NCBI GenBank assembly: GCA_964603325.1
Contig: CAZRUH010000002.1
Span: 2,959 to 40,965, forward strand
DNA length: 38,007 bases
Direction of reading: 5' to 3'
Source of the DNA: an uncultured Bdellovibrionales bacterium
GTDB lineage: Bacteria > Patescibacteriota > Minisyncoccia > Moranbacterales > UBA9337
In this document: positions 8,716-16,173 of the stretch, piece by piece
How positions within the stretch are numbered: position 1 is the stretch's first letter
Layout of the letters: every line of letters starts with the position of its first letter
Notes under the pieces: generated by a model
What the model was told of the DNA's origin: nothing
Seen by the model: only the letters and a program-made list of their open reading frames with translations
Databases searched by the model: none
Program-made: the position numbers and the translations under genes

Positions 8716-9660
8716 TTAAAATTTTTCCGGAAAAAAGAAATATTTTACAATTTCATCCGCAACATTGTGTGATTTCCCTTTAACGGGATAAATATGCAAC
8801 AGCAATCCGGGAAAAGCATTTATTTCAATAATTGTAAACTTATTTCCACCGATATCTTCCGTTATTATATCAAAACCGGCAACATCCATTTTTAATTTAT
8901 TCGCGATATCAATTACCACTTTTTTAATTTCGGAAGATATTTTATCGGTAAAATCAACCGGGGTCCCACCACTTTTTATATTAGCGGTTTTTTTCAAATA
9001 AACTTTTTGGTTTTTTTTGATAATACTGGAAAATGAAAGATTTTGGTCATTCAAACACTTTTCCATAAGATCATCTCTTTCCGCGCGATATCGCTTTATC
9101 AATTTTTTGTTCCGTTTTTGCAATAAATTGCTTATATCATTTTGCCCATCACCAATAATAAAAACCGGTTCTTTTTTGGATACGAATATTTTTTTTCTGC
9201 CAATGATCAAAACTCTATAATCATCACCACAACTATATTTTTCCAAAACAACCTTATTGTAAGCATCGTTTTTTTTGGCAAATTCAATTGCCGGTACCAA
9301 TTCTTTCTCTTTCGTTATTCCAACGGTAATTCCCTTTCCGTGTATTCCTCTTTCCGGTTTAATTACAATTTTTTTGTGTTTCTTTAAAAATTTTATTGCT
9401 TGATTTATATTCAAATAACGTTCCATTTCCGAAACCGGAACACTCCATTTTCTCAAAAAAACATTTGTCAAAAATTTACTTTCGGTTAATCTGTAACTGA
9501 TTGCACTGGTGGTTTCCGGCATACTCTCCGTAAACATTATTTTCTTTTCTGCGTTTTTTAAATAATAATATGTTCTATGAATAAATTCAAACTCCACTCC
9601 TCTTTTCTTGGCAGCTTGAGCAATTTCCAAAATTATCTTGTTTTTAGTTCTTTGAATCAT
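8716..9660 (-). CDS. stand-alone ATP-grasp ligase resembling the N-terminal ATP-grasp module of cyanophycin synthetase
   Basis: 314 aa. IVIKPERGIHGKGITVGI...EKYSCGDDYRVLIIGRKKIFVSKKEPVFIIGDGQNDISNLL...AGFDIITEDI...IIEINAFPGL resembles the CphA-type pattern (RlLVvg..vvAa.kR.Pa.ViGDG). Its start overlaps the upstream ORF end by 17 nt. Confidence 0.7.
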   Translation of the reverse strand: MIQRTKNKIILEIAQAAKKRGVEFEFIHRTYYYLKNAEKKIMFTESMPETTSAISYRLTESKFLTNVFLRKWSVPVSEMERYLNINQAIKFLKKHKKIVIKPERGIHGKGITVGITKEKELVPAIEFAKKNDAYNKVVLEKYSCGDDYRVLIIGRKKIFVSKKEPVFIIGDGQNDISNLLQKRNKKLIKRYRAERDDLMEKCLNDQNLSFSSIIKKNQKVYLKKTANIKSGGTPVDFTDKISSEIKKVVIDIANKLKMDVAGFDIITEDIGGNKFTIIEINAFPGLLLHIYPVKGKSHNVADEIVKYFFFPEKF

Positions 9661-10507
9661 TTTTTTGTTCTTTTTTATGCTTACTTACTAAAAAATCAAC
9701 CATCGCCCCGGAAATATCCACGCCCGTAGTTAATTGATTTCTTGGAAAATAACAAGGGAAATTTACTTCAGCCAAGTACGGTTCGTTATTTTTTCCGATT
9801 AAAATATCTATTCCACTAAATTCCAGGTCAAGAATTTCAATCGCTCTTATGGCTATTTCTTCAAATATCTTGGGAAATTTTTCCGCTTTAACCCGGGGCT
9901 TACCAACATTTGTCCTAAAATCATTTTTAGGAACAATGTATTCAATGCTATCAATAACCTCATTTCCCAGAACAATCAATCTCGCGTGCCGGTAAGATTC
10001 AATGTATTGTCGTAGCACCATTTTTTTTGCTCCACTTTTTTTCAAAAAACCGATAACTGAAATTAAAGATTCCATAGAATTCATTTTCATAACTCCGGCT
10101 CCGTGACTTAATCCCGTCACCTTTAGAATAATGGGAAAACCGCCGATTTCATCAACCAAATTTCTTAAAATTTCGTAATCATCATTTATAACGGTTACCG
10201 TCTTGGGCATGGGTATGTTATAAAATTTTTGCAAAGGAATATCCATAGCATTAAAAAACGCTCGTTTATTTGTTTTATAAAAAGTTGTTAATTTGTTTTT
10301 TTGCAACAAAAAAAGCTCTATATTTTTTGCCAGCTCTCCCGAAGTTATCCTATATAAAACCCCTTCGTTGTTTTGATATTCTTGATTTAAAACATTAAAC
10401 TCATTAACATCCACATTTACAAATTTCAAGCCTTTGTCTTGAGCCGATTTTTTTAATAATCCTCTGGTTATTTTTTGTGTTTTTTGAGAGATACAAAAAA
10501 ATTTCAT
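9644..10507 (-). CDS. divergent RimK-like ATP-grasp amidoligase
   Basis: 287 aa. PIILKVTGLSHGAGVMKM...LRQYIESYRHARLIVLGNEVIDSIEYIVPKNDFRTNVGKP...SGIDILIGKNNEPYLAEVNFPCYF has the RimK layout, but the usual GG loop is replaced. Confidence 0.7.
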   Translation of the reverse strand: MKFFCISQKTQKITRGLLKKSAQDKGLKFVNVDVNEFNVLNQEYQNNEGVLYRITSGELAKNIELFLLQKNKLTTFYKTNKRAFFNAMDIPLQKFYNIPMPKTVTVINDDYEILRNLVDEIGGFPIILKVTGLSHGAGVMKMNSMESLISVIGFLKKSGAKKMVLRQYIESYRHARLIVLGNEVIDSIEYIVPKNDFRTNVGKPRVKAEKFPKIFEEIAIRAIEILDLEFSGIDILIGKNNEPYLAEVNFPCYFPRNQLTTGVDISGAMVDFLVSKHKKEQKNDSKN

Positions 10508-10565
10508 ACTATTCTTGTTTAAATTTATTTAAATTGTGTTTTTCAAAAACCTATCGCCAACTAGT

Positions 10566-11966
10566 CTAAACCTTATTAACATCAATCATAAACTTTCTCA
10601 AATTTCTTCTACCTATAATTACGGGGTATTTTAAGTGCGAACGCTTAATAATGGTCATTTTTGCCGTTACCGGCCTTTTATCCATAACAAAACTTAGTTT
10701 AACTATGGGACGATAACTTATGCCATGTGAAGATCTGACCATAACCGTTGAGGTTATATATGGTATATTTTTATAAATATTCCATCGTTGCTCTTTGTTT
10801 AAACCTTTTAATTCTTTATAGTCCTTGCCGATTGCATTAAAAGCTTCTATTGTCTTTTTAAATCCCAATTTTTTTACCAATTCTTCATCAATGGAAGATG
10901 TGTATGCCCCCGTATCAATTTTAGCTTCCACATAAAACTCCTTTCCGTTGCGACCAATCAATTTTATTTTTTCTTTGAAACCGATAACTTTTTTTCCGGA
11001 AATTTCTTCCAACTCATCTTCCACCTCTCCACCGAACAAATCAACGCCCACATTTACACCTCTTTTGATTGTTTTTATTTTAAGACCGGCAACTCTTTCC
11101 ATTCTTTCTTGCAACCCGGCGGAATTGGCAATTTGAATTGATAATCCCGCCCTTGCATTAAGTTCCAAAAAAACCGGCCCCCTCTCCTTATCAATGGCAA
11201 CATCGGCACCAAGAAAACCCAGTCCGGAAACATTTTGAGCTTTAACCGCCAATTCCAAAATTTCTCTCCAGTAAGGAATTTTTAAGCCGGAAACACTAAG
11301 TCTGGTTCCGGGAATTATTTCTATAATTTTTGATTTCTTTCCCTGCACCGCCATTGTTGTAATTCCGGTTGCCAAATCAATCCCCATTCCTATACCGCCC
11401 TGTTGTAAATTCGCTTTTCCTCCGGATTCCTTCGTTGGCAAGCGCAACATTGCCATAATCGGTACTCTGTTGTAAACAATAACCCTAATATCTGGAATTC
11501 CTTTATAAACATACGGTTTAAATAGTTTCAATAATGTTAATCTTTCTTCAAAGAAAGCAATATCAGGAATTCCCGAAAGAGAAAAGTTCCCATCCAAGAT
11601 ATTTCTAATATGATTTTTCAGATCTTCTACGGTTACAATTTTTCCATCCGCCTTAACCCAAGCATCATTTCTTCCTTTTTTTTTACCGAATACAACCAGT
11701 ATTCCCGCCCCTCCCAGTCCTTTGTTTGGTTTTAATGCAAAACTATTTGGCAATTTATCCCAATTAAAATCCTCCAGTTTTTCGTGGCTGACAATTTTGG
11801 CAATCAACTTTGGAACCGGAATATTTTCCTTGCGTAAAACTCTTTTACTCAACAATTTATCATCCGCAATTCTGATTGCTTTCTTGCGATTATTTGGCCT
11901 AATATAACGCAAATAACGCGCATTCATTCCCAGAATCTTGCGACTATTTTTAATATAGTTAAACAT
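10566..11966 (-). CDS. fusion: alpha-L-glutamate-ligase-like ATP-grasp (TIGR02291/ATPgrasp_ST type) + C-terminal retropepsin-like protease (DUF785/PF05618 type)
   Basis: 466 aa. N-terminal part: GMNARYLRYIRPNN...DDKLLSKRVL...GKANLQQGGIGMGIDLATG...FLELNARAGLSIQIAN. C-terminal ~140 aa: VEAKIDTGAYTSSID (aspartic-protease DTGA signature)...RPIV...VIIGRRNLRKFMIDV. Confidence 0.8.
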   Translation of the reverse strand: MFNYIKNSRKILGMNARYLRYIRPNNRKKAIRIADDKLLSKRVLRKENIPVPKLIAKIVSHEKLEDFNWDKLPNSFALKPNKGLGGAGILVVFGKKKGRNDAWVKADGKIVTVEDLKNHIRNILDGNFSLSGIPDIAFFEERLTLLKLFKPYVYKGIPDIRVIVYNRVPIMAMLRLPTKESGGKANLQQGGIGMGIDLATGITTMAVQGKKSKIIEIIPGTRLSVSGLKIPYWREILELAVKAQNVSGLGFLGADVAIDKERGPVFLELNARAGLSIQIANSAGLQERMERVAGLKIKTIKRGVNVGVDLFGGEVEDELEEISGKKVIGFKEKIKLIGRNGKEFYVEAKIDTGAYTSSIDEELVKKLGFKKTIEAFNAIGKDYKELKGLNKEQRWNIYKNIPYITSTVMVRSSHGISYRPIVKLSFVMDKRPVTAKMTIIKRSHLKYPVIIGRRNLRKFMIDVNKV

Positions 11967-11986
11967 AAAAAGATAGTTTATTCCTC

Positions 11987-12655
11987 TTAAATTTTCTTTA
12001 GAATCTCCTTAAATCTCCAGTATTCTAAAACACGTAATCCCGTCCATTTGCCCAAAAATATATTTATCGGTATTGTCAACAATACAACCCATGGATGTGT
12101 TAAAATAAGCACAATCAAACTATTCCAACTTATAATAAAATATCCTATTAAAGAAATAAAAAGAGTTTCCGTTGCTAAAAAAAATGCCGTTTTGTTTCCT
12201 TTTTGAATTTGAGTGGAAACAAACTTTTCCACAATTGTAATCATAACCAAAAGAGGAAAAATCGGCACCGTTGCCAGTCCTGTTCTTTGCAAAGAACCAC
12301 CAATAACCAAAACCGTTAGAATTGAAAAAGCAACTACACTTAAAGTTATTGCTACCCTTGGCAAATAAAGCAATCTAAACTTTTTAAGAATATATCGGGT
12401 AGCCATCCCAACAAAGATAACACTTATAAAAATTGTTACTCCATATTTAATTCCTTTTGATCCTGCCTCCCCCGCCATTGCCAAAAATGCAAACGTGATT
12501 ATTGATGGCGTATAAATACCAAACGCTTTGATACCGAAAACTTGACGAAAAAACGCAATCAAAGTCACTACCACCGGAAGCATTAAAATAAGCAAGATAC
12601 TTTCTTGCGGAACGCCTTGCGAAACAAAATAATTAATTGTAAAATAATTTGACAT
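11987..12655 (-). CDS. 7TM membrane protein of the type normally fused to an inactive transglutaminase domain (7TM_transglut-like), here stand-alone
   Basis: 222 aa with about 7 hydrophobic helices. The pattern FGIKAFGIYTPSII...RLLYLPRVA...FPLLVMITIVEKF matches my recollection of the PF14402 module. It lies 20 nt upstream of the ligase-protease fusion. Confidence 0.7.
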   Translation of the reverse strand: MSNYFTINYFVSQGVPQESILLILMLPVVVTLIAFFRQVFGIKAFGIYTPSIITFAFLAMAGEAGSKGIKYGVTIFISVIFVGMATRYILKKFRLLYLPRVAITLSVVAFSILTVLVIGGSLQRTGLATVPIFPLLVMITIVEKFVSTQIQKGNKTAFFLATETLFISLIGYFIISWNSLIVLILTHPWVVLLTIPINIFLGKWTGLRVLEYWRFKEILKKI

Positions 12656-12714
12656 ACTTTTATCTTTTAAAGGATTATATAATTTCTTATTTTGATTATA
12701 GCACTAAACAATAG

Positions 12715-13224
12715 TTAGACATATAAACTTTTCTTGGATGTGGTTGCATTTTTAATTGCGCTTTTTTCTTCCTCAGTCAATGGAAAATCCAAACATTTAT
12801 TATTGCTGATTGATTTTGCAAAAAATCTCACACCCTCTCTTGTGTAAAGAGATGAAATAATCACTCCGGAATTATCTTTATCCAAAAAAGCGATTACAAA
12901 GCTTTGGTTTCCACCGATATCTCCAAAGGGATTATATCTTATTACACCTATTTTTTGCACCGCTTTAGTTGTAATTTTGTAAATTTTTTCATAAGCATCA
13001 AATAATTCTTTGATATCATTTTTATTTTTTTGTCCTTGTTCTATCCACCTTAAAATAATTTTTTCCAAATCTTCGCCATTTTTACCGGAAAAAATCTCCT
13101 TGCCAACTTTTTTTATTTCTTTGATTTTGAGTAAAATGTAAAAATTCCAAACCGACAAAATAATTAAAAAAATAATTAAAAATAAAAACGCGTAAGTTAA
13201 ATTGTTTTGAAAAAAGCCGTTCAT
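12715..13224 (-). CDS. DUF4446-family membrane-anchored protein
   Basis: 169 aa with an N-terminal TM, a coiled region, then GVIRYNPFGDIGGNQSFVIAFLDKDNSGVIISSLYTREGVRFFAKSI...LTEEEKSAIKNA, which is typical of DUF4446. Confidence 0.75.
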   Translation of the reverse strand: MNGFFQNNLTYAFLFLIIFLIILSVWNFYILLKIKEIKKVGKEIFSGKNGEDLEKIILRWIEQGQKNKNDIKELFDAYEKIYKITTKAVQKIGVIRYNPFGDIGGNQSFVIAFLDKDNSGVIISSLYTREGVRFFAKSISNNKCLDFPLTEEEKSAIKNATTSKKSLYV

Positions 13225-13235
13225 ATTAATTAACT

Positions 13236-14657
13236 CTATTTAATTTTCAAACTGATGGAATAAAACAGATTATCTTTGTTGATAAAAAACAAATTATCAT
13301 TTATGCCGGAATAAACCACTTTCGTATCGGGATTGCCTGTGTTAAAAATATCATAAATGTTTCTGTGCGAACGACGATCAATTTCCGCCATCATAATTTT
13401 ATTATCAACTGTAAAAATTATGTGTTCATAATCACGAAACCATTCTACATTGTTAATATTTTTTAAAAATCTTGCAATATCAACTATTTCACCTTTTCTC
13501 CTGACAGGTTGAGTTTCCCACTTACGCAAGAAATAAACAAAAATTTCTTTTTCATTCCAATAAACCATTTTTTTGCCATCATCAGAAAAATGTAAACCCA
13601 AAACTCCTGTACTTATTTTTTCCAAACTTCTGTCACCGTCATCATTATTGTATAAATATAACTCTCCATTTTGAGAGATAATTGCCACTCTATCTTTATC
13701 ATAAACAATAATTTTAAATTCATTACCTCCGGCAACTTTTATGGTCTTGGTAGATATTTGTTCAGTGCGATTATTTCCCTTAACGCTTTTTCTGTAAATT
13801 ATTCCATTTTGCTTTGATAAATAATAAAAATACGACCCCGAAAAATCATAGCCAAAAATATTTTTGACTAATACTTTTTTATTGCTTGTGCTTAAATCAA
13901 GTTTTAAGAGATTATTTTTGTGCATATAAAAAATCGCATTTTTTTCTTTTGAGCTCCAACGAAGCCATCTTATTTCCTTTTCTCCAATCAATTCATTTAA
14001 ATTTATAATCTCCTTGTTTCCAATACTGATAACAAAATATTCTTTTTTGTTATTTTTTATCAATGGAACAATTAGACGACCTTCTTTTGGTGACCATTCA
14101 ATGTTTTCCTTTTCCGTCTTTGAGAAAAAAAATCCATCAAAAGGAAATGCGTAACTGACTTTCTTTTTTTTGACATCAATAATTTTAACAATCGCTCCAT
14201 TTTTTGTATTTTCTACCAGAGCAAATTTTCTATTGTCCGGAGAAATAAAAAAATTATCTACAGAGTCAGATAAATATTTCGTTTCCTCATATCTATTTTT
14301 TATCAAAAAAATGTTCCAGAATTCCGTAGATATGCCACTATGTATATGTATATTCTTAAACCAATCCTTAAATCCCGGTGCCTGAACCTTAAGAGAATGT
14401 TTCCCCGGCTTCAACCCATCAATGTGATATGAATAATTTAAAAAATTAATCACCCCCTTTGAAACAGGTTTGTTGTCAATAAAAACACTTATTTCCTTTG
14501 GGGTTGATTTTAGCGTAATGGATCCGGTATAGATAAATATCCCCCTATCAAAACTAAAACGATAACCCATCGCGTAAAAAACCACCAAAGGAGCTGTTGC
14601 CAAAAAAATAATCGCCAACAACCAAAAAAATATTTTCCTGGTTTGAGTTTCCGTCAT
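13236..14657 (-). CDS. membrane-anchored PEGA-domain protein with C-terminal beta-propeller-like (TolB-like) region
   Basis: 473 aa with an N-terminal TM. PEGA-like segment: ITLKSTPKEISVFIDNKPV...LKPGKHSLKVQAPGFKDW. It is followed by repetitive beta-strand-rich sequence. Confidence 0.7.
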   Translation of the reverse strand: MTETQTRKIFFWLLAIIFLATAPLVVFYAMGYRFSFDRGIFIYTGSITLKSTPKEISVFIDNKPVSKGVINFLNYSYHIDGLKPGKHSLKVQAPGFKDWFKNIHIHSGISTEFWNIFLIKNRYEETKYLSDSVDNFFISPDNRKFALVENTKNGAIVKIIDVKKKKVSYAFPFDGFFFSKTEKENIEWSPKEGRLIVPLIKNNKKEYFVISIGNKEIINLNELIGEKEIRWLRWSSKEKNAIFYMHKNNLLKLDLSTSNKKVLVKNIFGYDFSGSYFYYLSKQNGIIYRKSVKGNNRTEQISTKTIKVAGGNEFKIIVYDKDRVAIISQNGELYLYNNDDGDRSLEKISTGVLGLHFSDDGKKMVYWNEKEIFVYFLRKWETQPVRRKGEIVDIARFLKNINNVEWFRDYEHIIFTVDNKIMMAEIDRRSHRNIYDIFNTGNPDTKVVYSGINDNLFFINKDNLFYSISLKIK

Positions 14658-14687
14658 TTTTAGTTGAATTTTATTTATAACACTGCT

Positions 14688-14708
14688 AGACTGTTAAATA
14701 AACAGTCT
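14688..14708. promoter_or_regulatory. 8-bp inverted repeat (AGACTGTT-5nt-AACAGTCT) in divergent promoter region
   Basis: Perfect palindrome arms in the 94-nt gap between the divergent PEGA-protein gene and tsaD. It overlaps the likely -35 regions on both strands. Confidence 0.3.
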
Positions 14709-14751
14709 GTTAATTAATATAATTTATTTAAACCGTTTTGTCCATAAAAAT

Positions 14752-15825
14752 ATGATTATTCTCGGCATTGAAACCTCTTGCGATGACACAAGCATATCCG
14801 CGGTAAAAATAAACGAAAAAAAACAAACTTTTAATGTTCTTTCCGATAAAATATCCTCGCAAATCAAACTGCATGCCAAATGGGGAGGCATTGTCCCCAA
14901 TTTAGCCGCCAGAGAACATTCCAAAAATATTATTCCCATTCTAAAAAAAGCGCTAAAAGAAGCTTCAGTTAGTGTTTCCGATATAAATTTAATTTCCGTT
15001 ACGCAAGGACCGGGTCTTATTCCCTCACTTCTTATCGGTTCCAATTTTGCCAAAACCCTGTCTTATCTTTGGCGAAAACCGTTAATGGGAATTCATCATA
15101 TTGAGGGACATATTTATGCCGGATTACTTTCCTCGGTCAAAAAAAATAACTCTCTTGATAAAATAAAATTTCCCGCACTGATTCTTATAGTATCCGGTGG
15201 ACACACTCAATTAATAACGATGAGACATCATCTTGATTATAATATTATCGGCGAAACACAGGATGATGCTGTTGGTGAGGCTTTTGACAAGGTTGCCAGA
15301 ATTTTGGATCTTGACTATCCGGGTGGTCCCATAATATCCAAAAAAGCGCTTTTTTTTACCAACAAATCAACTTTTTCCTTTCCTCGCCCAATGATTGATT
15401 CTCCGGATTTAAATTTCTCTTTTTCAGGATTGAAAACGGCCGTTTTATACAAAACAAAAGAACTAAAAAAACACTTAAACAAAAAAGATTTTTTAAAAAA
15501 AATACCGGAAATATGCTTTGAATTTCAACAATCTTGTATTGATGTTTTGATACACAAAACGGTTATCGCATCTAAAAAATTTAACCCTCAAACACTTATT
15601 TTATCCGGCGGGGTTAGCGCCAATAAAGAATTACGAAAACAGTTTAAAAATCAATTTAAAAATATCCAATATTTAACCCCCGATCCGTTATACACTTCCG
15701 ACAATGCCACTATGATTGCTTTAGCGGGATATTTTCGTTGGAAAAACATGGAAAAATCCGAAAAAGAAAAAACTTTGCAAAATTGGAAAACTTTGCAAGC
15801 GGATGCAAACCTAAATTTTTGTTAA
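14752..15825 (+). CDS. tsaD: tRNA N6-adenosine threonylcarbamoyltransferase
   Basis: 357 aa: ILGIETSCDDTS...HIEGHIYA...SGGHTQL...GEAFDKVARILDLDYPGGP...LSGGVSAN. Confidence 0.92.
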   Translation: MIILGIETSCDDTSISAVKINEKKQTFNVLSDKISSQIKLHAKWGGIVPNLAAREHSKNIIPILKKALKEASVSVSDINLISVTQGPGLIPSLLIGSNFAKTLSYLWRKPLMGIHHIEGHIYAGLLSSVKKNNSLDKIKFPALILIVSGGHTQLITMRHHLDYNIIGETQDDAVGEAFDKVARILDLDYPGGPIISKKALFFTNKSTFSFPRPMIDSPDLNFSFSGLKTAVLYKTKELKKHLNKKDFLKKIPEICFEFQQSCIDVLIHKTVIASKKFNPQTLILSGGVSANKELRKQFKNQFKNIQYLTPDPLYTSDNATMIALAGYFRWKNMEKSEKEKTLQNWKTLQADANLNFC

Positions 15826-16173
15826 AAATTTTGAAATTATTTATACAATATAATAAAATACAAAAGAAATGAAAAAGAAAATCGTTCTAAATTCTTGTCT
15901 CGGGAAAAATTGTCCAAGTGACAAACAATAAGATAATTTTAAAACGAGCAGACAAAATTATAAAAAATCTGTTTATGGTTGTTCTGAATATTCCGATAAA
16001 AAACTGACCAAAAAACCACCCATTCCGATTGTTAAGAAAAAATATACCCGATAAGTGAAAATAGAATTGAAGTATCCGATGGTTATTGCGAGAGACGCAG
16101 AAAGAAAGAATAAAACAAAATAAGTAAGGCACTAAAGGATTCTAAAAAATAATTTAAAATACGATAATCGTTT

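Noticed and set aside
14724-15053. 109-aa minus-strand ORF overlapping the 5' part of tsaD
   Set aside because: It lies entirely antisense to a confidently identified gene and has no motif. Antisense ORFs of this kind are typical of AT-rich sequence. The same applies to 1785-1970, 3000-3224, 5751-6002, 6657-6848, 8481-8783, 9017-9387, 10948-11136, 11722-11907 and 14170-14385. It also applies to 16896-17081, 18165-18620, 22734-23333, 23729-23986, 25712-26202, 28242-28945, 30341-31207, 32128-32719, 33173-33654, 33890-34806 and 36572-37757.
16015-16021. GGGTGGT (minus strand), reminiscent of the T-box core, upstream of valS
   Set aside because: It is on the wrong strand relative to valS, lacks the flanking AA...ACCGCG consensus, and has no specifier-loop or antiterminator architecture around it.
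15887-16132. 81-aa minus-strand ORF in the 348-nt tsaD-valS spacer
   Set aside because: It is Phe/Ile-rich with no convincing promoter or start context, and it looks like a translation of AT-rich non-coding DNA. I cannot exclude a small membrane protein, but I do not call it. The spacer itself showed no recognisable RNA motif.
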